This document shows positions 19,727 to 29,697 of a stretch of DNA of 64,000 nucleotides, in pieces. Each line of letters starts with the position of its first letter. Position 1 is the stretch's first letter. Made by a program: the position numbers and the translations under genes. Under the pieces are notes generated by a model, which worked only from the letters and a program-made list of their open reading frames with translations, was not told the DNA's origin and did not search any database. Origin of the DNA: a bacterium (GTDB lineage Bacteria; SM23-31); assembly GCA_965249485.1 (NCBI GenBank), contig OZ252239.1, positions 3,232,001-3,296,000 of the forward strand, given 5' to 3'.

Positions 19727-20332
19727 TCTTTAGTCATCCTTCTTTATCTTGGTAAGACTCTCCTCTAACTGCTACACCTAAACTCCGACCATCTACACGA
19801 GTTTCTATGCCGGATTTCTTTGTTCCTAGTCGAGACGCTTTGCCCCGATTTCCTTTTATTATTGCTTTAAACTGTGCCATGACTTGTTCCTTTCTTTTTA
19901 ATTACGATTCTCTTCTCTAAGCAACTTACCAAAGACCACAACCTGTTAGTCACTCAGTTCTCTAGCTCTCAACTTCATATAAGTAGACTCTCTACTCACA
20001 TCCAATCCATAGGTCAATCTTAATGCAATCAACCTTTTCTCTAAAGGTCTTCTGCTCTCCATTCTACTTTCCTCTTTCTATTGCTATTAGTATTCCAACT
20101 ACAATCAAAACCACACACAAAACTAAAGGGTCTAACATGTTCCTCTCTTTTAGTTACTAGTGTCCTCTACTTTGTTTACCCCAATCTCTAACCTACTTCT
20201 TTAATTCACCTTGTGTTTTATACCTTATTCTATTGTTCCATATCTCTTTAGTTTATGAACTTCACCTACTTGTTCGCCTACACTTATAGTGACCAACTCT
20301 AAGAGCATCATAACTACTCTATAGATACTATC

Positions 20333-20361
20333 AATATACTTATATATATCCTAAAAGTCAA
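20333..20361 (-). promoter_or_regulatory. Leftward sigma70 early promoter
   Basis: TTGACT-N17-TATATT at head of the minus-strand arm. Confidence 0.7.
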
Positions 20362-20878
20362 TAGTTTTTTATATCTCAAGAGATTTCTATATCTCAAGAT
20401 AGTATACAAATATCTCATCAGTAATATAATGTAGAGGAGATCAGACTCTTGTTCTAAGAGATAAAGGAAAGGGGGGTCAAGGGGAAGCGCCTCTTTTCCA
20501 CTACGTATATTCAGGTTGTATGTGGTAGAGCAGAGATTTAGGATATAAAGGTGACGAGAAAGGAGATTAAGGTGACAGGAGTGTCCCTATAAGGTGACAT
20601 CAGAGGAGATTAGCCCCTTCCTACCCTAAAAGTTGGTCTATACCTACACAATACCACAATATATAGACATTATACTTGTCTATATCACTATAATTACTTA
20701 TATTTCCTTTGGATGCTGAACAGTCTAAGAGGGAGGAGTCTCGTGGATTCTCTTCCCTCTTCCTACCTAAGAGGCTAAAGCCTCTATTAGGAGACTATAG
20801 AGTATCTATAGACTAAGAGTTAGAGGAAGACAATAGTGTAAAGATCTTCCTCTTTATAGTTTAGAGGAGTTAAATAGA

Positions 20879-21388
20879 GTGCCTAAACCGATTTTGAAGG
20901 AGAGAGCCTTCTCCGACCTGAATGGTCTGACTCAGAAGATGCACATGGCAATTAAGTACATCTTTGTAGGAAGAGGTTCATCTGAAATAGCTAGAAGGTT
21001 AGATGTTCATTCTAGTACTATCTCTAGTTGGAGGAAGCATCCTCTGGTTATAGCTCAGATAGAGAAGATGAACAGAGAGAGTTATAAGACTACTATGGAG
21101 ATGCAGACCGAACTACAGAGGTCAGCGGCTCCAAAGGCTGTGCAAGTCGTTCAGGAGATATTAGATAGTCCGGTGGATAAGGACTTCAATCCTGCCAATG
21201 TAAGAGCTAATACTGCTGTCAAAGTTCTCCAAATGACTAACGTAGATATGTCTAATAATCCACCTGAGAGGGAGCAGAAAGCCGGTGACAAGGTTATGGA
21301 CGAGCTTCAAAGTAATGTAGCTCAAGCAAAGAGAGAGGGTTTGATGGTAGAGGTAGTTATTGAAGATGCTGAGGTTAGTGAAGAGTGA
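20879..21388 (+). CDS. Putative terminase small subunit (HTH)
   Basis: SEIARRLDVHSSTISSW HTH; first late gene. Confidence 0.6.
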   Translation: MPKPILKERAFSDLNGLTQKMHMAIKYIFVGRGSSEIARRLDVHSSTISSWRKHPLVIAQIEKMNRESYKTTMEMQTELQRSAAPKAVQVVQEILDSPVDKDFNPANVRANTAVKVLQMTNVDMSNNPPEREQKAGDKVMDELQSNVAQAKREGLMVEVVIEDAEVSEE

Positions 21389-21577
21389 ATGAACTTTCCT
21401 CGAAAGTCGGTCTATTCTTTAAAAGTCTATGCTTGGGAAATGCATCTCTTGAAGAAGTCCCTTTAGATACCTCCCTTAGGTCAGGTGAGAGTCTTAAGAG
21501 TTTGCTCTTGAGGGAATGTTCTAAGTCTAAAGTTAATGTATTGACCGACTTCCAAGGGAAGTTTGAGGTATCCTCTG

Positions 21578-21988
21578 ATGGATGAACAAGCTCTGAAAAA
21601 CGAAATATCAAGACATGAAGGTAGTAGAGACCTTGCCTACATAGACACGATGGGCAAGATAACTATAGGTAAAGGACTTAATATAAGTGATGTTCCCTTC
21701 TCTGCCGACCTCCTAGAGGCTGAGTTCACAAGAAGGTTACAAGGGCACATAGAGTCTATGGACTTAGTTTTTAAGAACTTCTATGACCTGAGTGAGAAAA
21801 GACAGAGAGCACTCACTAACATGATGTTTAATCTAGGAATGAAGAAGTTGCTCCAGTTTAGAAAGACTCGAAAGGCTATAGAGGCTGAGGACTTCGAGAA
21901 AGCGGCTGATGAGATGGAGGACTCACTATGGTATAGTCAAGTCGGTCAAAGGGCTAGAGAGTTAGTAGCTATGGTGAGGGAAGGATGA
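21578..21988 (+). CDS. Endolysin, T4-lysozyme-like (GH24)
   Basis: HEG...YIDTMGKITIGKG catalytic E-D-T triad; NMMFNLG, SLWYSQVGQRA. Confidence 0.9.
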   Translation: MDEQALKNEISRHEGSRDLAYIDTMGKITIGKGLNISDVPFSADLLEAEFTRRLQGHIESMDLVFKNFYDLSEKRQRALTNMMFNLGMKKLLQFRKTRKAIEAEDFEKAADEMEDSLWYSQVGQRARELVAMVREG

Positions 21989-22158
21989 GCGTTCATGTTA
22001 TGAAGGTTCCTGAAACACTAGATGGTACTTGGGAATGTCCTGATTGTTCTTATCAGAATGAACTATTCCTCGTGATAGAAGATGAGCTTCCTGAGTATGT
22101 GCATTGTTCTGTCTGTGGTCATCAATCTACACATATTTGTTGGTACAAGGAGGAGTAA
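21985..22158 (+). CDS. Small zinc-ribbon protein (57 aa, absent from ORF track)
   Basis: WECPDC...HCSVCG; ATGA overlap with endolysin stop. Confidence 0.6.
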   Translation: MSVHVMKVPETLDGTWECPDCSYQNELFLVIEDELPEYVHCSVCGHQSTHICWYKEE

Positions 22159-22487
22159 TGAGAGCAAGGACTATTAAGTTTAAGGAGCTTGCTCAGGAGA
22201 GACAGAAGAAGGTCATGGAAAGAGAGATGAAGAGAAGAGAGCAAAGGCTCAATAATGAGAAAGAGAAATGAAAAGAAGAGACTTTGGTAAAGCTTTAGCA
22301 GGAGTAGTCGCTTGTCTCTTTGGTGGAGGTTATCCTAAAATAGAAAAGTCTAAACCTAAAACTTATACTAGAAGATTAGTAGAGATAGACTCTAAATCTC
22401 CAGAGTTAGGAGGAGACTTAGATTGGCTATATAATCCTATAGGTATTACTTCTTATAATTACATTCCAGAAAAGGAGAAAGAGAGAA

Positions 22488-22991
22488 ATGGAACAAACTC
22501 TTAAACTAATATTCACCTTAGCTTTCCTCTCCTACTGGATATGGGAAGGCTTTACAGAGAGAGAGACTTGGAGAATGAGTTCCGGCTCACAGAAGAGAAC
22601 CGGAATCTATCACTTCTGGAGACTTTTAGAGACCGGAAGTATCGACTTGACCATTCTCACCACCTTCTCGCTAGGCTCTCTCTTTACCTTTATATATAGG
22701 TGGTTTCCAGAACAGCCTTGGGAAAACTTTCCTTGGAGCTATCTCTGGCTCTATTTAGGTGTCAGAATCCTAGGCTATACCCTCTATGAAGCAGTATTTA
22801 CTCTAGGTCAAAGCAGTATACCTCTTGAGACTGCTTCTGGTAGAGTGAGGATATTTATCCCTTGGTATAAGAAGCTTTGGTACAAGCCTCACCCTTGGAA
22901 ACTCTTCAATAAAGAATATAATCAACCAAGTCGGTTCATATTCTCTACCCTATTCCTACTTGGTCTAATTTTAACAATACGCTTCATCTAG
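22488..22991 (+). CDS. Multi-pass membrane protein
   Basis: About four hydrophobic segments. Confidence 0.65.
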   Translation: MEQTLKLIFTLAFLSYWIWEGFTERETWRMSSGSQKRTGIYHFWRLLETGSIDLTILTTFSLGSLFTFIYRWFPEQPWENFPWSYLWLYLGVRILGYTLYEAVFTLGQSSIPLETASGRVRIFIPWYKKLWYKPHPWKLFNKEYNQPSRFIFSTLFLLGLILTIRFI

Positions 22992-22997
22992 GAGAGT

Positions 22998-23429
22998 GTG
23001 ATGACTTTTCAGTCAAACATTACCAAGAAGGGAATCTTAGGACTCCTCATAATAGGAGGATTATTCCTGCTTTCACTCCTCACTATGAACTTTGACCCTG
23101 ATGTTACAGAGTGGACTGTGGTTAGGTCGGTAAACTACACCCATTGGAATGTAGAGAGGGATAGTATCGTTGATGCAGATACTACAGCCTTTTTTCTCTC
23201 TAATGCAGGCTCAGGGCAGATATTGCTTATAAACCCTGATGCAGATGACACTCTAGGGATTAGCTTTGATAATGGTGGTAACTGGCTATTGATTCCACCT
23301 GACTTCTCTAGTGCTACATTCTCACCTGCTAATGAGGACTCTATACACTTTTTAGTCTTTGGAGCTACAGCAGGAGATACCACAATAAGCCCAGATGTAG
23401 CTTGGACTACTTTATCGGAGGATAGATAG
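22998..23429 (+). CDS. Beta-rich protein with N-terminal signal/anchor
   Basis: KKGILGLLIIGGLFLLSLL then acidic beta-strand domain. Confidence 0.65.
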   Translation: MMTFQSNITKKGILGLLIIGGLFLLSLLTMNFDPDVTEWTVVRSVNYTHWNVERDSIVDADTTAFFLSNAGSGQILLINPDADDTLGISFDNGGNWLLIPPDFSSATFSPANEDSIHFLVFGATAGDTTISPDVAWTTLSEDR

Positions 23430-23430
23430 A

Positions 23431-25068
23431 ATGAAAAAGATTCTTTTAACAATACTCTTGGTTCTAATAGCCTGTCCTCTCTTAGGACAAATTAATCAAC
23501 CTATCTCTGTAATAGACTCTATCGCCGCAGTAGGGGATACTACTATTGATAAATCTACCCTTAGAGATGGAGCTATATTCTTCTTAGAGGATTCTGTCTT
23601 TGTTATAGGAGTTAAGAAGGATAATGACAGAGCTTGGGGGAAGGTCTTTAAACTCAATGGAGTTAATGACCCTCTAGTTTTAGTAGACTTTGAAATCACT
23701 ATTGAGGCTCTAGCAGACTTATTTGGTATCTCTTTAACAGACTCTACTTTTATATTCTATTGGCAGAGGGAAGATGATGGAATAAGTGGAGCTAAGAGGT
23801 TTACATTCCAGAATGATGGTACTATAGATACCTCTGATGCCACTACGGCATTTCCTACTGGTGTATCAGGGCACTATGGAGCTATGACCGCTTTAACAGA
23901 CTCTACCTTTATGATATTTACTAGAGACCTTACAGTGGCAGGAGCGACGCAGGGAGCAGCTGTCTATGGTACTCATCAAGCAAGTGATGGTTCACTTCTC
24001 TTTAGCACTGTTGGTGAAGTAACTGTGGAAGATACAGGGTCTAGAGCATATGATATAGATGCTATAGATGATACTACTGCTGTGGCTGTTTATAATGAAG
24101 GTACTGTTATAGAGAACCCTTATGCTATAGTGTTACAATATGATGCAGGAACAGATTCTGTAGTATCAGGAAGTTCTATAACTCTAGCAGTAGATAAGAT
24201 AGAGGGTACCTCGAAAATACTTACGGTCTTAGGTACGGCTAAAGATAGATTTGTAACATATCAGAAAGCTACTACAGCAAAAGATACTATCCTCTTTGGT
24301 ACTGTAGATGCTATAGCCTTGACTGTTGTAAGAGATACTGTTTATGGAGTAGAGGATAGTATTACAGTTTCTCCTATCCCAGAACATATATCTACTACTT
24401 ATATAGATACAAATGCTTTTATGATTAACTATAATCAAAGAGGTGCTCCTTTTGGAGCTAATGTATACACTTCTAGAATAGTGACAGTTGACCTAACTAA
24501 TAACCTTATATTAGCTATATCTGACTCTGTTAAGTGGATAAAGCAGCCTAGTCTTTCTGCTAGTTCTGTCCCTACTAACATAGCTGTAAACTCAAATAGA
24601 GTAGCTGTAGGCTTAACAGAAGATGAGCGCATAGCTACTCCTGTAGCTAACATAGGACATCTTAGAGTAGTCTCTTTAGATAATCTAACCTTTCCACCTA
24701 TAGCACCTAGGAATGTCTTTGTCTCTACAGGGTTAAAGGATACAATTATTGTATCTTGGAATACTACTGTAATGACTCCACCTATGACAGGGCTAGCAAG
24801 GATAGATACTTCTGGAACTTCTGATGATTCGACCTTTGGGGTATTGACTACAGGAGCTACAAGTCCTTATAAGTTTGTGCCTCCTTCTAATAACAAGACT
24901 TACTGGTTTAAGATTTACTCTGAGGAGGATAGACTTTATGGATTAGGTACACCTTCTAGTGTAACCAGTGGAATGAGTCTTACTAACTATCCTACTGACC
25001 CTGATGCAGTTGGAGGAACAAGTACAGGTGTTATTATCTTTGGAGTAGGCTATAGACCTCAACAATAA
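23431..25068 (+). CDS. Secreted-type beta-repeat protein with Fn3-like C-terminus
   Basis: MKKILLTILLVLIACPLLG-Q signal; repeated LTDSTF blades; P.APRNV...VSW...YWFKI. Confidence 0.65.
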   Translation: MKKILLTILLVLIACPLLGQINQPISVIDSIAAVGDTTIDKSTLRDGAIFFLEDSVFVIGVKKDNDRAWGKVFKLNGVNDPLVLVDFEITIEALADLFGISLTDSTFIFYWQREDDGISGAKRFTFQNDGTIDTSDATTAFPTGVSGHYGAMTALTDSTFMIFTRDLTVAGATQGAAVYGTHQASDGSLLFSTVGEVTVEDTGSRAYDIDAIDDTTAVAVYNEGTVIENPYAIVLQYDAGTDSVVSGSSITLAVDKIEGTSKILTVLGTAKDRFVTYQKATTAKDTILFGTVDAIALTVVRDTVYGVEDSITVSPIPEHISTTYIDTNAFMINYNQRGAPFGANVYTSRIVTVDLTNNLILAISDSVKWIKQPSLSASSVPTNIAVNSNRVAVGLTEDERIATPVANIGHLRVVSLDNLTFPPIAPRNVFVSTGLKDTIIVSWNTTVMTPPMTGLARIDTSGTSDDSTFGVLTTGATSPYKFVPPSNNKTYWFKIYSEEDRLYGLGTPSSVTSGMSLTNYPTDPDAVGGTSTGVIIFGVGYRPQQ

Positions 25069-25088
25069 AAAACTTAGAGGAGTAAGTA

Positions 25089-25349
25089 ATGACTAAAGAA
25101 ACTGACTTCATAGGTGTTCCTTTTCTAGGGAGATTTGTTCTCTTCATTAGAGCTTCTATGAGAAGTATCTGGAGTATTGCTATTCTCTGGACTGATATGA
25201 AAGTGTTCTCAGGCTCTTGGACTCTGGAAGCCGGAACTCAGGTTGAGAGTGCTTTCTGGATAGTTAATCTCTTAGTCCTTGGCTTCTGGTTTGGTGAGAA
25301 AGCTATTAGTGCTATCCTTCCCCTTTATCAAGCAAAGGTGGGAAAGTAA
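25089..25349 (+). CDS. Holin-like membrane protein
   Basis: Two TM segments, VLGFWFGEK. Confidence 0.55.
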   Translation: MTKETDFIGVPFLGRFVLFIRASMRSIWSIAILWTDMKVFSGSWTLEAGTQVESAFWIVNLLVLGFWFGEKAISAILPLYQAKVGK

Positions 25350-25745
25350 ATGGCTTTTGGATTTAGTAAAGTAATAGGTGCTCTTACTGAACTAGTAAAG
25401 GCAACAGGGAAAGCTGTAGACTCCATCCATACCTCTGATGAAGAAAAGGGGAAAATTAAGCTCAAGCTAGATGAGATACAGCTTCAAGTTTATCAGCTTA
25501 GTTTTAAAGGTCTGATGCTTGAACTCACAGGGAATACTTTACAGAGAAGTTGGAGACCGGTCTTAATGTACCTTTTCATTTGGCTCATATTCTGGAATTA
25601 CTTTGCACATCCTGTAGTCTCCTATTGGTTCCCTATTCCTAAAGCAGACATACCTCCCCTCATGTGGACTCTTATACAAGGGAGCCTCATGGGCTATGGC
25701 TACCTCAGGTCTAGAGAGAAAGAGAAAAACGTAAGGGATAACTGA
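25350..25745 (+). CDS. 3TM (GTA-type) holin
   Basis: TSDEEK, RSWRP, GYGYLRSREK. Confidence 0.8.
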   Translation: MAFGFSKVIGALTELVKATGKAVDSIHTSDEEKGKIKLKLDEIQLQVYQLSFKGLMLELTGNTLQRSWRPVLMYLFIWLIFWNYFAHPVVSYWFPIPKADIPPLMWTLIQGSLMGYGYLRSREKEKNVRDN

Positions 25746-25746
25746 T

Positions 25747-26040
25747 ATGCCTAAAGAGAAACGTAGAGACTCGGATACCTTAGTAGGCAAGTTCAAAGCC
25801 AATGCTTACTCTATTGTAGCCTCTATCACTATTTTAGGCTTTCTAGGTACTCTCATCTATAATGGCTATATAGCTCCTAAAGTTGAGGCTCAGATAATGG
25901 AAACGGTAGCGAATACAGCACACTTTGATAAGACAGAAGGAGCAGTCTTAGTCCAACAAGTGAGTAGTATGAAAGACCAGTTAGACCATATAGAGACTCA
26001 GGTAGATGCTTTAGTAAATCACATGATAAGGAGTCAGTAA
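25747..26040 (+). CDS. Single-TM coiled-coil protein (lysis accessory?)
   Basis: TM then heptads; follows holin. Confidence 0.55.
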   Translation: MPKEKRRDSDTLVGKFKANAYSIVASITILGFLGTLIYNGYIAPKVEAQIMETVANTAHFDKTEGAVLVQQVSSMKDQLDHIETQVDALVNHMIRSQ

Positions 26041-26282
26041 TGGCATTGGTGCTTCTCTTTTGTATCCTCTGCAATCCTCAACCTCAAGATACAACAAAGC
26101 ACTCTCATGTAGATAGTTTAGTTTTAGCTGACTCTCTCCTAACAGAGGCCATTAAACAAGAAGTTGTTCAAATTCAGAGAATAGAAGACAAGCTCCAAAT
26201 GCTTTTAGAATACCTTAATTCACAAAGCTTCGATTTGATAAGAGAAGCAGTAGCCTCAGATAGTACAAGGAGAGATAACTAA
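26040..26282 (+). CDS. Small exported coiled-coil protein
   Basis: Hydrophobic N-terminus with Cys. Confidence 0.5.
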   Translation: MALVLLFCILCNPQPQDTTKHSHVDSLVLADSLLTEAIKQEVVQIQRIEDKLQMLLEYLNSQSFDLIREAVASDSTRRDN

Positions 26283-26657
26283 GTGCCTATAGAGAATATA
26301 TACCCCGGATACAAGGACATTACTCTCCGTCAAGGTCAGGGATGGAATAGAGAGTTTGGATGGTATGAAGATCCTGATACCTTGTTTGACCTCACAGGCT
26401 ACGTCATCACAATGGACATCAGACTCCAGAAGGATGATGCTTCTGCAATCTTAGAACTAACTAGTGCAGACTCATCAGGAGATTACATAGACATAGATAC
26501 AGGAACAGGCCTTTTTACTATCTACATCTCAGACACAGCCATAGCCGCTATGGACTTCCAAGTAGCATACTACGACATCTTAATGGCAAAGGCAGGAGAA
26601 GAGGACTTCTTTCTCTTAGAGGGTAAGATAATTTTAGAGAAAAGTACATCGAGGTAA
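26283..26657 (+). CDS. Tail fibre-associated adaptor-like protein
   Basis: ITLRQG...FDLTGY..MDIR...YYDI...LEGKI pattern; precedes the fibre. Confidence 0.6.
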   Translation: MPIENIYPGYKDITLRQGQGWNREFGWYEDPDTLFDLTGYVITMDIRLQKDDASAILELTSADSSGDYIDIDTGTGLFTIYISDTAIAAMDFQVAYYDILMAKAGEEDFFLLEGKIILEKSTSR

Positions 26658-26659
26658 TT

Positions 26660-29600
26660 ATGGGTAGAGCAAATGTTTTCTTAAAAGGTAACCAGTTACA
26701 GATTATAGAGAAAGTTACTGCAACAGCAGGGGCTAATAAGACCTCAGGCTTAATTGCAGGAGCTACTGTCTCTACAACAACTATCTCCAATCCTGCTACT
26801 TTAGGTTCTGGAATAGAGATGTTCACAGGAGCCTCAGAAGGTATCCTTGGAGTCTTCCGAACCTCTCTAGCCGGAGTAGCCAAAGCAGAATTAGGTTACA
26901 TGGGAAGTACCGGAGACTATGGAATATGGGGAACTATAGGAGGATTTGGAGGTACTGCTTTTGCTTCTAGAACTGTAGACATAGTTGCCGGAGGTTTAGA
27001 TGTTATAGCGGCAGGGGGACTAGTCATAACAGGTACAGGAACGGTGACTTTTGGCTCAAATACCTTAAGTGCTACAGTAGCGACTTTAGAAACACCTATC
27101 TTGAATACCTCAGTAAGTGGAACTGCCTTCCTTGATGAGGATACTCTAGTAAGCGACTCTGCTACTAAGTTGGCTTCTCAACAAAGTATTAAAGCCTATG
27201 CTGATGCTTTAAGTTATGAAGTTAGTGACCTTACAGATATTACCTTGACTTCTATTGGAGCTAATGAGATGCTTCAGTGGGATGGTGCGGCTTGGATAAA
27301 CCAGACTATTACTGAGATAGGATTTCTCCAGAACATTGTAGAAGACATTACTCCTCAATTAGGTGCTAACCTTGATGTCTCTACCTTTAACTTTGTTTCT
27401 ACTTCTAACAATCCTATAACTCTCGCTCCTCTTGGTACTGGTAAAGTCATCATTACGAAGACCGGCATAGCACAGGATATGCAGTTAGATATAATCGGTG
27501 GTACTGCAAAGGAAGCTATCATCTTTATGTCTGCGGCTGATGGTGCGGCTAATGATGATGACTGGCAAGTAGTCAATGAAGGCTCTGGAGTCCTTACTAT
27601 TGAGAGTTATAGCACAGGTTCTTTTGTTGCTATAGCAACCTTCACTTCGGCTACTTCTGTAACCTTTGCGGAAGGATTGATTCTATCTACTGGTAAAGAC
27701 CTGACTCTTACTTCTGGTTCAGTAGTTTCCCTCTCTAATGCAGATATAGCTATTGCTCCTCATGGAACTGGTGATGCCATCATAGGAGCTAACAATGCTA
27801 CAGGTCTTGTAAAAGTCTATATGGGTACTACTTTAATTACCTTGCCTAGTGCAGACGGAGCCGCTAATGAGGTTATGGAGACTGATGGATCAGGAACTAT
27901 CTCATGGGTAGCTCCTAGTGCTGTTGTAGCTACAGTAAGTGCTATAACTAATGTTACTATTACCTCTAACACTTCTGGAGAACTCCTTCAATGGAACGGC
28001 TCTGCTTGGATTAATCAAACCTTGACTGAGATAGGGATTGTTCTTGATACTTCTCCTCAGTTAGGGGGGAATTTAGACATAAATGGTTCTGTAATCAATA
28101 TAGACGGTGCAGGAGGTATTACCATAAACTCAGGTGGTACTATTATTTCTGATGCTACAGTAGACATCACTATTAGTCCAGGTACTACAGGAGACCTCAT
28201 CCTTGGAGCCAACAATTCTTCTGGTCTCTTCAAGGTCTACTTTGGAACAACTCTAATGACTTTCCCTACTGGAGATGGTACAGCTAATCAAGTGCTAAAG
28301 ACAGATGCGGCAGGTACTTTGAGTTGGGTAACCCCTAGTGGTGGAACAGGTATATCTAATGTAGTAGATGATACTACTCCGCAGTTAGGTGGCGACCTTG
28401 ACACACAGGGAAATGAGATAACAACAGCGTCAGGGAATGACTTACTATTGAGCGTAGGCTCCTCAAGTGATGAAGTTCATATATTAAAATCAAATGGTGA
28501 CATTCACGGCAAGTGGGACAATACTCATTATGTATCTTATCATGACATGCAAATTATCAAGTCGGTCTCTCTTGATTCAGACTATCCCGGGACTGCATTA
28601 AATGCAGTACTTAGTCTAGTAGGTGGTGAAGGAAAAGATGCTGAAATCAATTTGACGGCAGACGATGATGATGATAATTCAGATTCATGGCAAATCAAAA
28701 GCCCAGCATCTGGTAATAAATTTACTGTTGGAGTGTGGACTGGGTCTGCATATACAGCACGGTTTACCATTACTCCGGCAGGAGCTGTGGCCTTAGCTTC
28801 TGGAGTAGGTGTGAATGAGTTCTCTAATGACGGTACAATGGCAGGGAATAGTGACTTAGCTGTACCTACAGAGAAGGCAGTCGTTACTTACACTACCGCT
28901 ACCTTTGCTTCTAAAAGCCATGCTCACTCTGCGGTTGATATAACTAGTGGGACTTTGACTACAGCTAGAGGAGGTACAGGTTTAAGTTCTACTGTTACTA
29001 GCACCGAGTTTGGCTATCTTGCAGGAGTTACCTCTGCTATTCAGACACAGCTTAATGCAAAGGCTAGCACTAGTCATACTCACTCTGTCAATGTGGTAGG
29101 AGATACTACTCCGCAGTTAGGTGGCGACCTTGACACACAGGGAAATGAGATAACAACAGCGTCAGGGAATGACTTACTATTGAGCGTAGGCTCCTCAAGT
29201 GATGAAGTTCATATATTAAAATCAAATGGTGACATTCACGGCAAGTGGGACAATACTCATTATGTATCTTATCATGACATGCAAATTATCAAGTCGGTCT
29301 CTCTTGATTCAGACTATCCCGGGACTGCATTAAATGCAGTACTTAGTCTAGTAGGTGGTGAAGGAAAAGATGCTGAAATCAATTTGACGGCAGACGATGA
29401 TGATGATAATTCAGATTCATGGCAAATCAAAAGCCCAGCATCTGGTAATAAATTTACTGTTGGAGTGTGGACTGGGTCTGCATATACAGCACGGTTTACC
29501 ATTACTCCGGCAGGAGCTGTGGCCTTAGCTTCTGGTGACTTTAGTATACAATCAGGTAAGAAGTTTTACTTAGATGGTGATGGTGGTAATGATTACATCT

Positions 29601-29683
29601 GGCTTACAGCAGGAAGAATAGAATTTTATGTAGCAGGAGTCTTAGAAGGTTATATAGATACAAATGGTTTCGTAAGCACTTAA
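26660..29683 (+). CDS. Tail fibre protein (1007 aa)
   Basis: G/T/S-rich; four D(I/T)(T/S)PQLG(A/G)(N/D)LD motifs; LQWxGxAWINQ repeats. Confidence 0.85.
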   Translation: MGRANVFLKGNQLQIIEKVTATAGANKTSGLIAGATVSTTTISNPATLGSGIEMFTGASEGILGVFRTSLAGVAKAELGYMGSTGDYGIWGTIGGFGGTAFASRTVDIVAGGLDVIAAGGLVITGTGTVTFGSNTLSATVATLETPILNTSVSGTAFLDEDTLVSDSATKLASQQSIKAYADALSYEVSDLTDITLTSIGANEMLQWDGAAWINQTITEIGFLQNIVEDITPQLGANLDVSTFNFVSTSNNPITLAPLGTGKVIITKTGIAQDMQLDIIGGTAKEAIIFMSAADGAANDDDWQVVNEGSGVLTIESYSTGSFVAIATFTSATSVTFAEGLILSTGKDLTLTSGSVVSLSNADIAIAPHGTGDAIIGANNATGLVKVYMGTTLITLPSADGAANEVMETDGSGTISWVAPSAVVATVSAITNVTITSNTSGELLQWNGSAWINQTLTEIGIVLDTSPQLGGNLDINGSVINIDGAGGITINSGGTIISDATVDITISPGTTGDLILGANNSSGLFKVYFGTTLMTFPTGDGTANQVLKTDAAGTLSWVTPSGGTGISNVVDDTTPQLGGDLDTQGNEITTASGNDLLLSVGSSSDEVHILKSNGDIHGKWDNTHYVSYHDMQIIKSVSLDSDYPGTALNAVLSLVGGEGKDAEINLTADDDDDNSDSWQIKSPASGNKFTVGVWTGSAYTARFTITPAGAVALASGVGVNEFSNDGTMAGNSDLAVPTEKAVVTYTTATFASKSHAHSAVDITSGTLTTARGGTGLSSTVTSTEFGYLAGVTSAIQTQLNAKASTSHTHSVNVVGDTTPQLGGDLDTQGNEITTASGNDLLLSVGSSSDEVHILKSNGDIHGKWDNTHYVSYHDMQIIKSVSLDSDYPGTALNAVLSLVGGEGKDAEINLTADDDDDNSDSWQIKSPASGNKFTVGVWTGSAYTARFTITPAGAVALASGDFSIQSGKKFYLDGDGGNDYIWLTAGRIEFYVAGVLEGYIDTNGFVST
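28370..29535 (+). repeat. Perfect 434-bp direct repeat (28370-28803 and 29102-29535)
   Basis: Base-by-base comparison shows no mismatch; offset 732 bp, in frame. Confidence 0.92.
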
Positions 29684-29697
29684 AAGAGGAGAATGAG

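Noticed and set aside
22989..22998. Amber read-through fusing ORFs 22488 and 22998
   Set aside because: In frame, but the second ORF has its own AGGAG RBS and signal-like N-terminus
25747..26282. Definite i-spanin/o-spanin pair
   Set aside because: Topology is suggestive but no canonical lipobox; left as hypothetical
28370..29535. Diversity-generating retroelement TR/VR pair
   Set aside because: Copies are identical with no adenine-specific mismatches, both lie in one ORF, and no reverse transcriptase is present
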